Positions 28,208-42,969 of a stretch of DNA of 64,000 nt are shown piece after piece. Under the pieces are notes generated by a model. It saw only the letters and a list, made by a program, of their open reading frames with translations, had not been told where the DNA came from and searched no databases. Within the stretch, counting starts at the first letter, position 1. Each line of letters begins with the position of its first letter. The translations under genes and the position numbers were made by a program. The DNA comes from Tubiluchus corallicola (lineage: Eukaryota > Animalia > Priapulida), in NCBI GenBank assembly GCA_030141605.1, contig JAQGDQ010000015.1, positions 62,001-126,000 on the forward strand, in the 5' to 3' direction.

Positions 28208-28590
28208 GGGTATTCATGGATCAGGCTTAGGCCATACGATGGATATGTCCATCGGCACCTATAATAGATATTATTAGAGTTAAAGTGACTCTGTGGCAGT
28301 TTGTATGTTTCGTTTTTGTTTAGGGCTAGCTGGAAGAGACACTATTCAATTGAATTTGACAATGTATGAATACCTACACGTTTGTGAATCTGATAAATCA
28401 GATTTTAGTACAAATGTTTTATCATTTGTTTTCTCACATTTTCATTACTTGGAAACCTACTGTGTTTTCTGGGCACATTCAGAGGATACATGTTTACAAG
28501 TTAGGTATTTATGGATATGTATCCACGTAAAACCCGTGGATTATTGATATAGATACGGTCGTGAAATTTCATATTCACGGCAACCTCAGG
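28208..28590. mobile_element. Decayed MITE-like element, possibly hAT-derived
   Basis: Both ends rich in atggatat/atccac subrepeats and short palindromes (cgatggatatgtccatcg; atccacg...cgtggat); ends aatttcatattcacggcaacct; AT-rich interior. Confidence 0.4.
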
Positions 28591-31500
28591 TAAATATTAA
28601 ATCGTAGAGTAGGTAATTATAAACTCAGTTACATACGTATGTCATTTTATCTATTTTATGTCTAAACTATAGTTTCAATGTGAACTGTAAAAAAGACTTT
28701 GCAAATTGATATTTGATCATTTTTTTCTGTGAGTGATCTTCCCTCCTCAATAGCTCACCCCTCAATCAGCTACACATTTTGCAAAGTTTAGTTTGACTTT
28801 TTCTGTGAGAACCTGTCGATGTTATCTGCTTTTGCTTTTATTTAGTTTTCCTCTCGGACTTATCGCTGGCTCAGCTCCAAACTGTCCACACTGGACGCAC
28901 TAAACATGATTTTTCTCACAAGAGATTAAGCAAAGCCTCTCATCGAGGAGGTTCCATACCTTCCTCCTACTCCCCGTATAGGTGCAATAGGAACAGATTA
29001 AATTAGGAAACATTATGCATGGCATTCCTATATCACAAAGGGTACATTATGCTTCCATTTCAAGCGCAAAAGCTAGATGCATTTATCAGAATTTAATCCT
29101 GGCAGTTGGATTCTGGTGTGGAAGTGCCTCCAAGCACAGGGCTCACTAATAGCTGTGTAGATCATACAATAAGTTCCTTGTATGCTGACAGTGTTGTTAG
29201 AAATGCGAAGGAAAACATGTATTTGTAAGACGGTGTTGTACCAGCGTTTGTCATGCGGCAGCGCACTAATTCTGAGGGCTGAGCTCTGAAAAAACGCGCA
29301 AATTGCGGCCATTCTGCCGTGATTGACTTTTAAAACACCACTTACAATGCGCAACTATTCAACGTCAAACGGCTTAAGCAGTAATGTTGTCATAACTAAA
29401 CAGCAAATGTCATGTAAATTATCGTCTGTTGATATTATAATTCAGCGTTAATTGGCCAGGCATTGAAGGTATCATGCAGCATATTCAAGGTCAGAGAGTG
29501 AGCTGCGAAGTCTAGAAAGCTTATAAGGCAGGCGACTGCCCCGTGCAGCGCACATAACATTGGAATTCTTTTCATATTTTTATAGAAAACTGGTTTAGTT
29601 TAACATTTTGATTAGCACAAATAAGTGGAAAATTCTATGCGCGTGTGCTTAGGTTATCAACTGTGTTACGAGTAGTTGGAATTTAAGTAACTTTCTGGTA
29701 TTTTATAAATTTAATTAACCCAAGAATCTGGATGAACAAATTTTATTTGTTAATACTTCATGGGAAACAGCTTGAAGTGAAAGAAACGAAACAACATTGT
29801 AATAATAGTTCATATGGTATATGAATTAAGCGTTTATCGCCACAATATGCGAAAATTTATTAGAAGCAACGAGTGGGCTATGCATTACTGGTCTGCTGAA
29901 GCTACCCACTCTGTTAATGAAATTAATTACTTGGTAGAAACACTTTTTGTGAACACGTTTTTTTGAAATTGTTTCGGTTAAAGCTTCGAGTTGAGCTTGA
30001 ATCTAAACATGTCCTATTGAAATTTTATTCCTTCAAGTTTAATCTCAACAGATTTTGCATTATAACCTAGCTGCATCAAAATTCTCCGCATTTAATTCAA
30101 AGAATTAATTTAAACAAGGGATGAATATACTCTAAAAAATTAAAACTTGCCAGGTGACCCTCCCTTTGCCTCTGCACCATTAATGGACCCATGGCGGTAT
30201 AGGATACACACAAAAAGACAGAAAAGTCATTGTTTTGACAAGACCGCAGACAAATAAAAAGTGTTTGCACCAAAAACTGGCTTTCATAGGTGGACTGTGT
30301 CTGACCGCACTGAAGTCCAGTGGCCAGTAGCCCAATGAAGGTCATCGTGGCCTAAATACCTCGGAGATTTTGAGATTTATCCGCGGCGAAATTTGTTGTG
30401 TAAACGTTTGCTGATACGAAAAAAAGCGTCCTTACCGGTTTTTGTTTTTACGAAGTCTCTTGAGCCGCTAGCAAACACAGCTACATGGCTAACAATGTGC
30501 TACCGACGAACGGCGCGGAAATTTGTGATCAGTTTTTAATAATTGTGCTTCGTCATAGGATTAACGGTAACATTAAATCTTCTGCCTCCATACAGGTGGT
30601 ACAATATAAATTATTTTGAATTAGCAAAATAATCTTTTACTATCACTGTTTACAGTGGCTGCCAGAACTGGACGTTTTTATTATAATTGTTTTGAGTATT
30701 TATTAAAGACCTTACCTCGTACTTAGAGTGACTACGTTCTTGTGTTCATTAATAAAACTGACTGCTTCTAACTAACAACAAGCAATATAATAACGAATTT
30801 ATGATAACTGATACATACAATGTGATATTTTAGTATGCCCTTGTCACAGGTGAACTGTTTGTTGTTGTTTAGTTGCACTGTCAGGTTGTTAACGGTAATG
30901 ACAGTAGGAGTAGCCATAGTTGTTACTGCCACTTTTTGCATATAGTTATGGTTCAGCTGTTGGTTTCCGTTATTGTTGTTGTTGTTGTTATTGTCCTCGT
31001 CGTTGTCTTCTCTGTTAAAAACTGTTCCACTTTCACATCGAAAGGCCACTTAATGGCAACTCAAGAGATACTATAAGAAGAACGTCGCCTCCTTTTTGTA
31101 TTACCTATATAATTTATCACACAATGAAGTTGATGAAGTGGCCGTGAAAAGGAAGATAATGGTAAATATTTTCTAACTGCCGACGCAAATCCATTGATGC
31201 CTATCATATTCCCGTTTACGATCGACGATAATGGCACTTCTCCACTTGTTATAAAAAAATTTATTGCATTTATTTCCTAGAAATACATGTGAGCTAAAAA
31301 CATATGTGCTAAAAATAATGTTATGTGTGTTGTCTGAGTGTGAACTGAATACTAAGACTCGTGCCTAATCAGCTTTGAGGCTATAGTCACTGGATGTTCA
31401 TGTGCCTTGCACAGGTGAAGTAAAGGATTTTATAAAATATTATATATTTTTTCCGTTAAGGTCGTTCAACCTGGTATCGCTACCATAATCTGAAAACATT

Positions 31501-34227
31501 GGAGTGAATTTCTATGCACGGAAAGCTAGCCTATGCGCAGTCATTAGATACAATTTGAACAGCTAGTTGCCCACCAGACCACCTTGAATTACTGTTTCCA
31601 AGTTGCAGTAACTGCAGAAGAGTTTATACAATTTACTTGCAATGTACTGAATCAAGCGTGTGGCCCTGTTCTATAGCAGAATTAGCGGCAGTTAGTGCCT
31701 ATTCCGAACCGATAGCCGTTCAAAAACGGTAGTAATCCGCTAGTCTGGGAGCGTGGGAATTGCCCTCTGTGTAACTTACGAGTTTAGGAGGTTGAGTAAT
31801 CCTACTAGGTTAATTTGATAAGCTTGTTTTTATAATTACGAAGACCCAGTAGAACTTCCTTTCGACGACCGCTTAGCTTTAATATGAAGAGAATAAGAGA
31901 GTAGACATTTGACGAGTTCTAGTTTCAGCCACCCGCTCTGCATATGCAACAGTGTGGAGAGTTTTTGGTATGACAAATGTAAAATTGGTTTGCTCTGTGT
32001 AAGTCATAGATACAAATAGTCTATTTATTTTAACGTGGCACGACTATTTCACCAAGTGTTCAAATCAGATTTAGTAAAGAAACGTGTTAGGCCCCACCTA
32101 CTCACAATTTTTGTTCCTTTGTACATATTTTTATTTCACTTCATGTACTAATTTTTATGTTGCTTACCGTACTTTTTCCTGCCCACATTACGGAATGAAA
32201 AATTTAATAAAAAATAAAATAAATGAAATTACTAAATAAGCAAGGTAACATCACTTTTGTTGACGAACGTGGAGAGCTCTACTCGTCTTGTAAATGTCTT
32301 TTATTCTCAGACTCTTACCTTTTTGAAATTTTCTAGAATGAAGATTTATTATAGACCCATGGTTTGCGTAACACCATTAGGTTTACAGAGCAGCTACTTA
32401 ATCACTCTACGTTTTGTTTGATATTATACTATTATAGGCAGTCCTCCATCCTATAATATCCTATCCTACTCAAAATTATCTGATTGAATAATGTCACTCA
32501 TAAGAATAGTGTCACTAGATCTATTTTACTTCTAGTTTGTCGTCAAAGACTATTAGAAGTATATTATTCAAGACTTCAAGACGTAGATCACTATGTTCGG
32601 GGTAGCATATATAAGTGCACTAGTCAGAGTCTAAGCTGGACGGTTCAGATAAAACAAACTTTGGTGTCGGGCAGAGTTTCTGAAACTAGTTTTATGACAA
32701 TAGCTATAATGCCTCTTCATTAGCTCAGTATATCTTGAATATTTCGGCTCAATATATCTTGAATATTTCAAATTATATTGCAGAATTTTACTTTTCGAGC
32801 CAGCATATCAAGGTGTCAGCGTGTTAGCCACGTACGAGGGTGATTTATATTGTAAAATGATTAAATAAAATGTGGACTTAAGAGCTTAGTAAAGCTCAAT
32901 GGTGCAGACTACATACCTGAAACTACTTGTTATTAACACCTGGTCTAATTGGCTTCTGGTTTCTAGGCAGAAGCTGTGCAGTGTGGAACGCGAAATCAGC
33001 GGCCAGACGTCACATGACTTCTACACAGGGCAGTCACGTGACAGCAGACGTCTGCTGAAGATTTGCTGCGCACCCTTAAAATAAATGCTGTAGTAAAGTT
33101 GAAAAATGACCTGCACTTATAATGCCTGGAAGGCAACATGCCAAAGAGTTATGCACTCCGATATAAAGGAGTTATTGTAAAGATATGGTAGTCAATCTTT
33201 GTACAGTATCCTCTACAGCATGTCTACAACATAAACACCTCAGTAATGTTTAGACGTCAACACTACTGAATCCATGCCGTCTTGTCAACACTTTGGCACG
33301 TGTAGTAAACTAGTAATTATATTGTCGCTGACTTCTTGCTGAATTATCAATGGTGCCAACTGCCAAGGACAAGACTAACGTCGTCAGTGACACAAATTTG
33401 AACGTGCAAAAATCTCCATTAAGCCAACACTTTGACAAAGAAAGAATTGTTTGAAAGTTTAATGATTTTTATTAAGCGATAGATTTTGCAATTCCTCTCT
33501 TTGTATGGCTCACCAGGATTCTGAAGCTATTCATTATCATGATAACGTGGTACACAGAAAAATCATCCACTGTCAGCTACGGACTTAATTGTTAAGTTAT
33601 TATGCCCATTCTGTCTTTATTGTTATGGCAAAAGGAATAGAGATGAAACGTTATCAGTGGATTTGTTTAATCCGATTTCTTGCCTACAGACTCTCGCTGT
33701 CCGATTGTCATAGTAATTTAGATGTTTATTGTTCTATGGATCCTGTTAAAGATTTTGTTTACTTGCCCTCGGGTGGGCTTCTATACATTATCACGTACTA
33801 TAGTAACTATAGGTTTTAATTTAATGTGCTTTTAAATAATTTTCTTTAATCAGTTTCATATTCTCATCCTTGATCCTTTATTTTCTCCTTCGAGCCGTCT
33901 TTAAATTATTTGCCCCCAAATTGTTTTTATTTTTGAAAGCGCAAGGCGCTGTCATTTGTTTGAAAACATGTTTTAAGCGAAGACATGCAGTGTGCCATTT
34001 CTGAAAACACAAATTCCCTTTGCTTGGTCTTTATATTCTGTTAAATAAGACAATCGTCATTTTGGGACAAATTCTTAATATAGTGGACAATTTGTGAAAT
34101 GGTGCTTATATCATAGTCCTCATGTTACAGGAAGATTGTCAATAAACGGTTTACTTGACGTCTTTTTTATTTTATTTTGATGAAATTATAAAACTGTTAA
34201 CAATGTTTTAATTTTTTGTTGCAAGTT

Positions 34228-34606
34228 CAACAAGCGCGATGCGAACAGGGGGGCTCATTGAATTCGATATGAAAGATAACAAAAATCTGGCTCCATCAAT
34301 ACGCGAAATTTGTTCTATACTTTCGAAATTTCATGACCATCAGAAAATGACGTCAATGCCGTTATCTTGAATTCAAGATGACAAATGAAAAGTTCGATTT
34401 TTTCAGTAGATTCAGAATTCGATCTATTATATTCCCATTATAATAATCCGTTGCGAATTGAGATTGGGCCTTGGGATTTTTTCAAATGGTCAAGTCGTAA
34501 CAATAACAGCAAGAACAAAGATCAGATGAGTAGCAGTTTGAGTCGAGCCACGACCAATTATTTTCATTTTATAGTCCTACCTCTCTGCTGGGGATGGACC
34601 AAATAA
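34228..34606 (+). mobile_element. Helentron-associated (HINE)-like non-autonomous element, decayed
   Basis: Starts aacaag; contains cgaaatttcatgacc and the palindrome tcttgaattcaaga; ends ttatagtcct...ggggatggaccaaataa, resembling HINE 3' hairpin ends. Classification is inference. Confidence 0.35.
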
Positions 34607-35588
34607 TCGCATGAACATTTACCGCAACAGCCAAAGCACATGAATGTAGGTTTGACGTAAGAAAAGTTTAAAAGTTTTTTTAAGCTGTGTATCACGAAAA
34701 GCGCAAAAGGTAATTATTGTTATTTTAGTTATTTAGTAGGTCAGTTTGTAAGTAAATATATTGGAGCATGTTCATTATGAACATTGTCGCCTTCAGAAAC
34801 TTTATAATCCGAAGTCCTGCTGACACAATAAACTAAACGTCTTTCTCTTTCTAAAGCATTCAGTCACCCCAAAGTATTATTATATGAACAGGTTTAACTC
34901 ATTTTCGTGATATAACCTCCAACTCACAAAAGGAACGTTTTTCACCAAACAACAGAGAGGCGGTACTCGATAATAGGCAGAGCCAGAGGGCGAAATCATT
35001 TTCTCACTCATTCTCCGTATCTGTGACTGGAATATTTTGCACTGATGAGGTGGTTATAGGGCGTTATTTCCATCATAGAGTACTTCACCTTTAGTGTGCA
35101 TTACACTTAATTCCTGTAAGTAACTGGCCGCTCCTACTTAAACATCATCGTGCCAAAAAAAAACGATAAAGAAAATGTTCCAACAAACAATATATACGGC
35201 AGCTTCTCAGTTTGACTTTCAACCTTTTACAAAAAAAAGAATGAGGACGCATGTTAACACCTGCTGCATTTAGATTTCTGGCCACGTGTCGGTTCTGAAA
35301 AAAGTTACCATGTACACTGTGACTGAATTTACAGGCTTAAAAATTTGTGTATTGCTTTCCGCCTGTAGCATTAAGAAAAACCTGGATTGGAGTTCTGATT
35401 TTGGAGAGGATTTTGAAACATTGCAGTTTGCTGCCAATCCTCTCTCACTTTTGCTCTTATAATTGTACTTACTAAACACCATTTTTAACAGTTTTTTAAT
35501 TTAAAATTTCACTTTTCATCTAGGCATCAAGAGAAATTTGTTTTTATAACATCTTTATTTTTCCAGTTTACTTTTCGGTTTACTTTAC

Positions 35589-35693
35589 CCAAACATGTGT
35601 CATGATTAATTTGAATCTTTATAACATTCAATCATAATCCAACGTCAGTGTCAAAATTTCTGGCATAGTTAATTAAATAGAAGGAAATATTCA
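35589..35693 (+). repeat. Diverged direct repeat, copy A (about 105 bp)
   Basis: Aligns by eye to 36867-36978 (ccaaacatgt...tccaacgtcag(t)tgtcaaaatttct...taattaaa...attca). Confidence 0.85.
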
Positions 35694-36866
35694 GAGGCAA
35701 TATGAAATTTGGCTAAATAGAAAAAAAAACTTTAGCAAGAGACTTGAACAATGTCGAAATACCGCTTACATCTTAATCTACCGGTTACACCTAACAAACA
35801 AAAGAGCATCCATCCTCACAACTCATTGACTTTTGGACTTAACGTGACACAGAGAGTATCTGGCACAGACAGCATACATCCTCACTGCAATTTATTTTCC
35901 TTACTGGTACGAGGACTATTCTGTTTGCTCAGGCACTGTCAGCCACAACTTTCTATTATAAAACCTAGTCATATTAATTACCTTCTTGACGTCTGTTTAA
36001 CTGCCTGACACGGTTCATAACAAACTTTCAGACACAGTAAAAAATCGAGATTTTGATAAATGAAAAATAGTACTAGAAGGGCGACAGGTAGAGCAAAGAA
36101 GTCGAAAAATTGGCTTAAATCACCATTGCTGATTTATAGGCAAGCGTTTGGCCTGGCACTAGGTGAGACTATGGCATCGTAAAATCTCTGTCTGTCGTTC
36201 GTGGCACTAAACCTTCAATTAAATGGACAAAAGTAACCGGCAGACAAGTGCAAGATTTTTCTATTTGTTGAAGTTATTCGGTTATTCAAGTATCAACTTA
36301 GTCAGCACATTCGTTTGAATTTATTTGGTTAGATTGGCCTTGTACCATTCGCTGTTACATTTTTAATTATGCAAAGTGCAAACAAAAAAGGCGCGGTGAA
36401 AGCAGTTACTTTAGGTTGCGTTTCACGTTCTATGTATGTCGCAAACGTTTAACTTTGGAAAGCCTAGTACTCGCAGTAAATAATATTTATTTTTATGCAA
36501 AAATAATACAAACTTAAATTGCGCTTTGTAGTAAATGTCGTGGTGCTTTCGTGATGAACGTTGATGATTAGGTGACATGACATTTTTTTGACAGTAATTC
36601 TTCGTTAATTAGCTAAACAACTAGTAACTTACTTCCTCCAAATTATTTACCTTCTCTTAAACTAATTGTCTGTCAAATTTAAGTGTCGGTATAGCTCGTG
36701 CCTGTCTCATTCGTATGCGCAGAACATTTCTATCTGTACGCTTGATTAAACATTTCTTTAATTAGAAATTAAAATTGCCAGGCTTTAGGTACCATCGTTT
36801 TTACCGTATAAACCAATCACTGTAATAGAAACATGTAATTACTGTTTGAGAGTGGTCAACACTTGT

Positions 36867-36978
36867 CCAAACATGTATCATTATTATGTTGAACCTTTAT
36901 AATCATAAAATTTAATCATATTCCAACGTCAGTTGTCAAAATTTCTTGGGTAGCTAATTAAACAGTAGGAAGAATTCA
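36867..36978 (+). repeat. Diverged direct repeat, copy B
   Basis: Aligns by eye to 35589-35693. Confidence 0.85.
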
Positions 36979-38588
36979 CGTAAACAAAAGTATAAAAGTT
37001 ACAATTTTAAGACTGTTTTGGCCTATATGACTTGGAGGTCGGTGATTATGAACTGGCGGATTGTTTTAATGCTAATATTGATCGTGGATTGCTAATTAAA
37101 ATGTTAAATAAAAAGGAAGGAAGACGAAAAAGAGGAAGAAGGAGAAAAAGAAGTTATTGAAAAAATGTAACGTAATATATTGTATTGTAATTTGTCAGAT
37201 GTTGTTGCTGTTGACACTACCGCCGTCGCTGTCATTAAAGAATACTATATATAACAATAGTAACTTGTCACCAATTGTGTGAAATACAGTGTATAGTGTG
37301 CTGACAGATGTGGTTGAGAGTTACTAAATGAGTAGAGCCCACTAGCCTAAGCAAAGTATTTCAATGACTAGCGATGCCCAATGTGCTGCACGCGAATGTC
37401 GCACAGCATAAATTTTAAGATCTATGGCTAAATGAAGCTTTACTCACACTCAATGCAACTTTATTCACAACTACATACTTATTGTAAAAGTTATTTCTAA
37501 TCCCTGCGATGACGTAGGATTTATATTGTTTTGCTCCTATAAATAGATTGCTAAGTCGATTTTCGAGAATTCTTCACCTCAATTCTCTCCACATTATTGA
37601 TACTCGCCGATATTGATTGCGTGGGCGCCTCAATGAGCGGTTCAATGACTGGCTCTGTTTTTATCAATAATTTATCAACCAGCTTCAGCAAGCAATACTT
37701 TTAAGTTCTGTTGAGACAATGCATGTACTGCTCTTGCTAATACAGAGACTGATCAGACTGATTTGCTGGTCCACGTGCCTGTTTGAGGGTAGAGGAAAAG
37801 TAGCCGAAGCCCAGGTACTGTCTGGTTGAATGGTGAATCTAGGTGTGGTGTGGTTGAGTGCCGTGGGTAAGGTGTGTGGCCTTAACAAGTATGCGGTTGT
37901 TTTGACGATAACTACCATGCGCATCCCTTTTCATCTCCACAGTTGAAACTCTCTCTTTCGCAACCCCATCTATAGGCACGTACTTTACTCAATTTGTTTT
38001 AGTTACTGTTTTAGTTACAAAGTTTTAGTGAATTTTGTATTGGAGATGAAAAAACAGTTGTATATGCCCCTTTGTTCAACAGTGTTGTTTTCTAAATGTG
38101 CTTGCCTTGTATTTACTTCTAAATTATTTTTGCTATACGCGTTGCTTATTCAGTGGCCCTGACAAAAGCAGCTTATGGCGATTTGATGTCTGTATTAATT
38201 ATATATTAATTAATATTAATTATGAACTTTTTTAGTGTCGGATGGTTGCGTAAAGCAAAAACTTTATATAACTTTCTATTTTTATAACTGAGTTAACTAC
38301 CTAACTCTTTGGCCCGGTAAGTCTGCAAAATCTTAAATTTTATAGTGCAGATTACAAAACATGCAGTAATAGTCATACTGTGGAAGTTACTGTTTCTGTT
38401 GTGAATGAGAACCCCATTAGTTGACTGAGTTTTATAACAGAGTAAACCGATTTGATATCCAGAAAATCAATCACCGGAAGTGCTTTTTGGGAATGTATAC
38501 CTGCTTCCATTTTTATCCGCGCTGCGAATCTAGAAGAACACACACACAACTTTTTCGTTTTAGTATACTACGAATCCAGTTTTCCACA

Positions 38589-38915
38589 TTTTAATTCATG
38601 TTAACTCGCAAACGCAGCGGCTTAAGACACCTGGGTTAACCGGGTTAAGTCTTTGAGCGGTGAAAGATGATCTCTATCAAACGGTCAAGTTACTGGACAT
38701 CGGTCAGTCTTTCGGTTGTCATTCAATTTCTCCTAGGGCTTTAAGTTAAATTAATAGACAACTGACATAAGTATTTAGGTATTGTGAGATACATGTGTAC
38801 CCTCATTTTTAATAAGCTAGAATTTTTTAAAGGCCCGGGAGAGGAACCTCGGTACTCGAAAAGGTATAGTCAGACGTAAACACGGTCAAGGCATGGATTT
38901 GGATTTGAACCCATT
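38589..38915 (+). mobile_element. Unclassified dispersed repeat, copy 2 of 3
   Basis: ttttaattcatgttaactcgcaaacgca ... ctggacatcggtca ... cctagggcttt ... aggtattgtgagatacatgtgtacc ... aggtatagtcag, shared with the other copies. Confidence 0.75.
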
Positions 38916-41900
38916 TATATAGACGCTGTCATGCCAGGCGTCTTGTTCGAGCGAGTAAGTACGAAAAATCAGCTAAAGAAAAAACTGTAGCTTCTTCTTG
39001 CCTTCCGGATGTGGACAATATCAAAATAACATATCTACAGTCAATTATTTCATGTAGAATCCACGTGGTAAGAGTATAATAAAAATGTATCTGTGCCATT
39101 CTGCTTCTGAGTATTAAAAATTCTCATCAATTTCTCAAAAAATAACCTCAGGCGTGTTGCAATAAAAAGGCAATAAACTGCATTTTTGTCTTCTGTAGGA
39201 CTCGATTATTTTCGAAATTTATGAACATCTATGTATGAGCATAAAATTGCCAACTCTTAAAGGAAAACCGGACGCTTGTGTAGACATTAGTTCAAAAAAG
39301 TACGCTTTAAAATATTGAAAACTACAACAGCTTTTTTTTAAATCAAAGCGTAGATTAAATAATAATTACATTGGATAGTTAAATTTTGTTGAACATTCAA
39401 AGCTACGCGCAGCTCAGCGAATCCACTAAGAATGGCAATGGCGCCTTTTTGTCACATTCGCTTGACCGACAAATAGGCGCTGTACCGTCATAAACATGAT
39501 CATGAACTGCAGTGTTAGTCTGTAACGTCAGTGTGACGTGGAACTCATTTTCGTGACAGCACATCAGCGTTTTATAGCAATCTTCGCTTACGCAAACGTG
39601 GTTGACGCGCAGGGAAGATGCTTACTTTTGCACAAACTGTGGTTAGTTTGTGACGCAAGTGATAGCTGTGTTCGGTTGACTTTCCAAGGTAATTATTCAA
39701 ATATGAGAAACAATTGCTAAATTTTTTAGGCTGGAACATGTATACTTTGGATAGTAAATTTAGACTAATCAGTCGTCCAGCTTTCCTATAACGACAAGAA
39801 ATTTTGAAGCTTAGTTTTTTTTACTGTTATCATAAATATTACCTTCAATCCACGAAAAATGACAGGGTAAAAATTACTGAATATATGTTTCATGACGAGA
39901 TCATCCGAACTTTGATTTTGAACTGCGGTAATCAGCAACACACCTTTTATAAAGGAGATATTTCACCCGAAGAACCACAGAAAATCTCGGGGTAAATAAC
40001 GACTGAGTGTGTTTTGTTTATTTAGTTTTCAAATATAACAAAATGTGAAATTTTCCTCGAAAATATATTTGAGCCTTGCTTTGCATTATTTAACGCGGAA
40101 ATCCGACAAATCAATACATCACTCATCTTAACTGGCCCTGGTTTCCGAACAGGTTTCCCACGTTTCTTAAAAGATCTAAACTCTAAACGTTTTCCTTGCC
40201 GAAGTTAGTCGTATTTTCACCGAATGTCGGCCTATATTATATACTCCCTTTACTGGCTTTTACCCGGATAGCGCCATATTCCCACGTCAAAATGTTACGG
40301 GAACGAATTCTGTTATGGCACTAGTCAATGCAAAAAAGAAGCTTTTAAGAGATGCTTCTTCTATAGTATCATTAAAATGACATTCCTTTTGCCGATTTAG
40401 GTTATTCTGGTCTATCCGATTTCATTGTTCGTATATGCTCGCTTCTGTTGATTACGCATAAGCTTAGAGTACTGTTAGTTAACCACCTGTTGACCTGTGG
40501 ACCAATGGGCTTCTGGGCCAAAAGAGCTGATTAATACGTAAACCGTTAGAAGACAGAGTTATTTTTTGCATGGTTCCCCACAATAGTGATCAATGAATGA
40601 AGGAATGTTTAAGCTAAGGAAGGCCTATAAGTTTTAGGATCATTTGTTGTGCAAAAATTAATAGGTAGAGAGAGGTGATCAAGTGATAACTCGAGAAATA
40701 TAGCTCCGACCCCTGCACTGTTACACCCTTTCACGATTAATGCAACCAAAGTAAAATGATGTATGTAACCTTCGCCAGCACGAGACAACACTGATTTGAT
40801 ATTTCAATACGTTCCTCCGTCATAAATTCTGACAAGTTAATGGTTTTACTAACAGCATTTGTTTTATGTGCAGCCGTCGTGTGAATGTAACTGTTCATTC
40901 ACACGCAAGATTATAAACGATCCAAAACATCGACATTTCATTGACACTCATCTCCGGCCATTTTTCAAAACGTCCAAATCAAAACGTTTTACGATTTCAA
41001 AACGAAAGCACAAAGAATCTTTATTTCCTTCGTTGATTTTTTTCTTGCTACTTTAATGCAGAAACCTTCAACAGCATCTGAGACCCTGAATTGTTATAAG
41101 GCAAGATCGGAATGGACGCAAAGTTTAGCCCCCACAATATACAAGATTTGAGGAGATAAGTAACATAATAGTGCTTTAGCCACTACAACCATTATAGGTA
41201 ATAATAGGCAACGCCATTTTCACAAGAATCCTTGTTAGAAATGTATACAATCATCTTTTTACAAGTTCATAGATAGTTCACAATAGTTGAGAAATTATGC
41301 GGTAAGTTTTTGGCGCCTCCATATAGATTGTTGTACTATAATCAATTATTTTACTATGTTGAAAACAATTCAGGCTAGTAAAGCAAAAAACACAACTGGC
41401 GTGAAGAAGTTGTTTTTGCTCACGACGGAGACAACAATCGAGCGTCATTGCTCGGTTTAAAATGGCAAAATTTCAGGAGTTTTCATAAAATCGCAATTAT
41501 AACGCTAAGGTGACGACGAAAAGGTCTCTCTAACATTGAAATTTTGAATAAAATTTGACTGAAAAAAGAAAATGCAGATAACTCTCGAGTGAGTCTGGAT
41601 TTGAACCAAAGAAAAGAAAATCCATGCAGGATCAGTCCCGAGAGTCCGAACTTTTTCACATTTCTTTTATTTCGGACAAATTTGGTTTAAAAATTTTATA
41701 TCTGTATGTTTCGTCTATCATTTACAATTATCTAATCTTCTAAGTAATTATGAATAATCACTAATTAATTATTAATTATTCAGGCGTGAGCGTTGTAACG
41801 CATACTGTTAGGAATGAATAAAGATTAAAGACTTGCCAAAACGAGGTGTGTTGCATATTGGTCGTTGTTTTGGGCTCGTAGACCAAAGCTCCTTGCTTCG

Positions 41901-42822
41901 AATCCAAGCTAGTCATGACTTTTCACATTTCTTTTTTCCGGGTAAAGGAAAACAATATAAAACTTTAAACCCTCGAGCAATGTGATCTACGGCATAAAAC
42001 AGTGGAAGGAAAAATGTTGTTATATTAAGTGTGAGTCATATCTAGTCATTTGTAACCATGCAGCGCATTAATATGTAAATTCTAGGTATGCGCCACAAGT
42101 TCGATTTTCAAACTCAAAACATATTCTCAAGTTATTGTACAAACGTTTTTCACACGTTCAGCAGGTGGTTACTGTGGGCTGAGAAATAGATTTACATTAA
42201 TTTTGTAAGAGTAATTTATAAAACGATTTCGTTTTGTAGATGGATTATTAATAGTTTATCAATTTAAATGCTAGATATTATAATGAAGGCCGTGACCACT
42301 ACTAGGTGGCCTTCAGTTGCTGCCAAAACAAACAGATAGAAGAATTTATTTGATTTTCATCAATTAATGGAAGTTGGCTACTTCAACAAAAAATCTAATC
42401 TAATGTTTATTGAACTATTGCAAAAAAACAATTTTTCTTTAATAAGCTGCGAAGAAAACGACAAGTTAAAAATCATTATGATCTTACAAATCCATATTTG
42501 GGACCACCGTCTTGGCTGTAGGTAAGACACCTAGTTTATTGTTTGCTATTGCAAAAATTCTCTATATTATATGCGTGCAAGGACCGAGAAAAGGACGTGA
42601 AATGGGAGCCGCTTAAAACAGTTTCAGGTTTAGACGATTGGGATGTAAACTTTAGGCCTTTATTGCTATGATATCATATTATTGTATATAACGTGTTGTA
42701 TAGTGTATATGATACATATTTAGTTACACTTTAAAGGGAGCTTTTCAATGAAATGTAATCAATTTTAGGGTATTGCTTTTTTAGACTTGCGTTTATTTTT
42801 ATGCGTCATTTTTGTATTATAG

Positions 42823-42969
42823 GATCAGCGCTTGTGTCTGCTTGATCAGCGCTTGTGCCTGCTTGATCAGCGCTTGTGCCTGCTTGAAGTGCGCTTGTGT
42901 CTGCTTGATCAGCGCTTGTGCCTGCTTGATCAGCGCTTGTGCCTGCTTGAAGTGCGCTTGTGCCTGCTG
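42823..42969. repeat. Minisatellite, 7 x 21 bp (GATCAGCGCTTGTGCCTGCTT) with 63-bp higher-order period
   Basis: Units 4 and 7 begin GAAGTG; units 1 and 4 carry GTGTCT; no spacers. Confidence 0.95.

Noticed and set aside
41850-41930. tRNA-like B-box (cttcgaatcc) suggesting a tRNA gene
   Set aside because: No cloverleaf can be formed; at most a decayed SINE head.
42823-42969. CRISPR-like array or heptad-repeat protein (ORF 42832..43014)
   Set aside because: No spacers, eukaryotic context, TTG start; a plain minisatellite.
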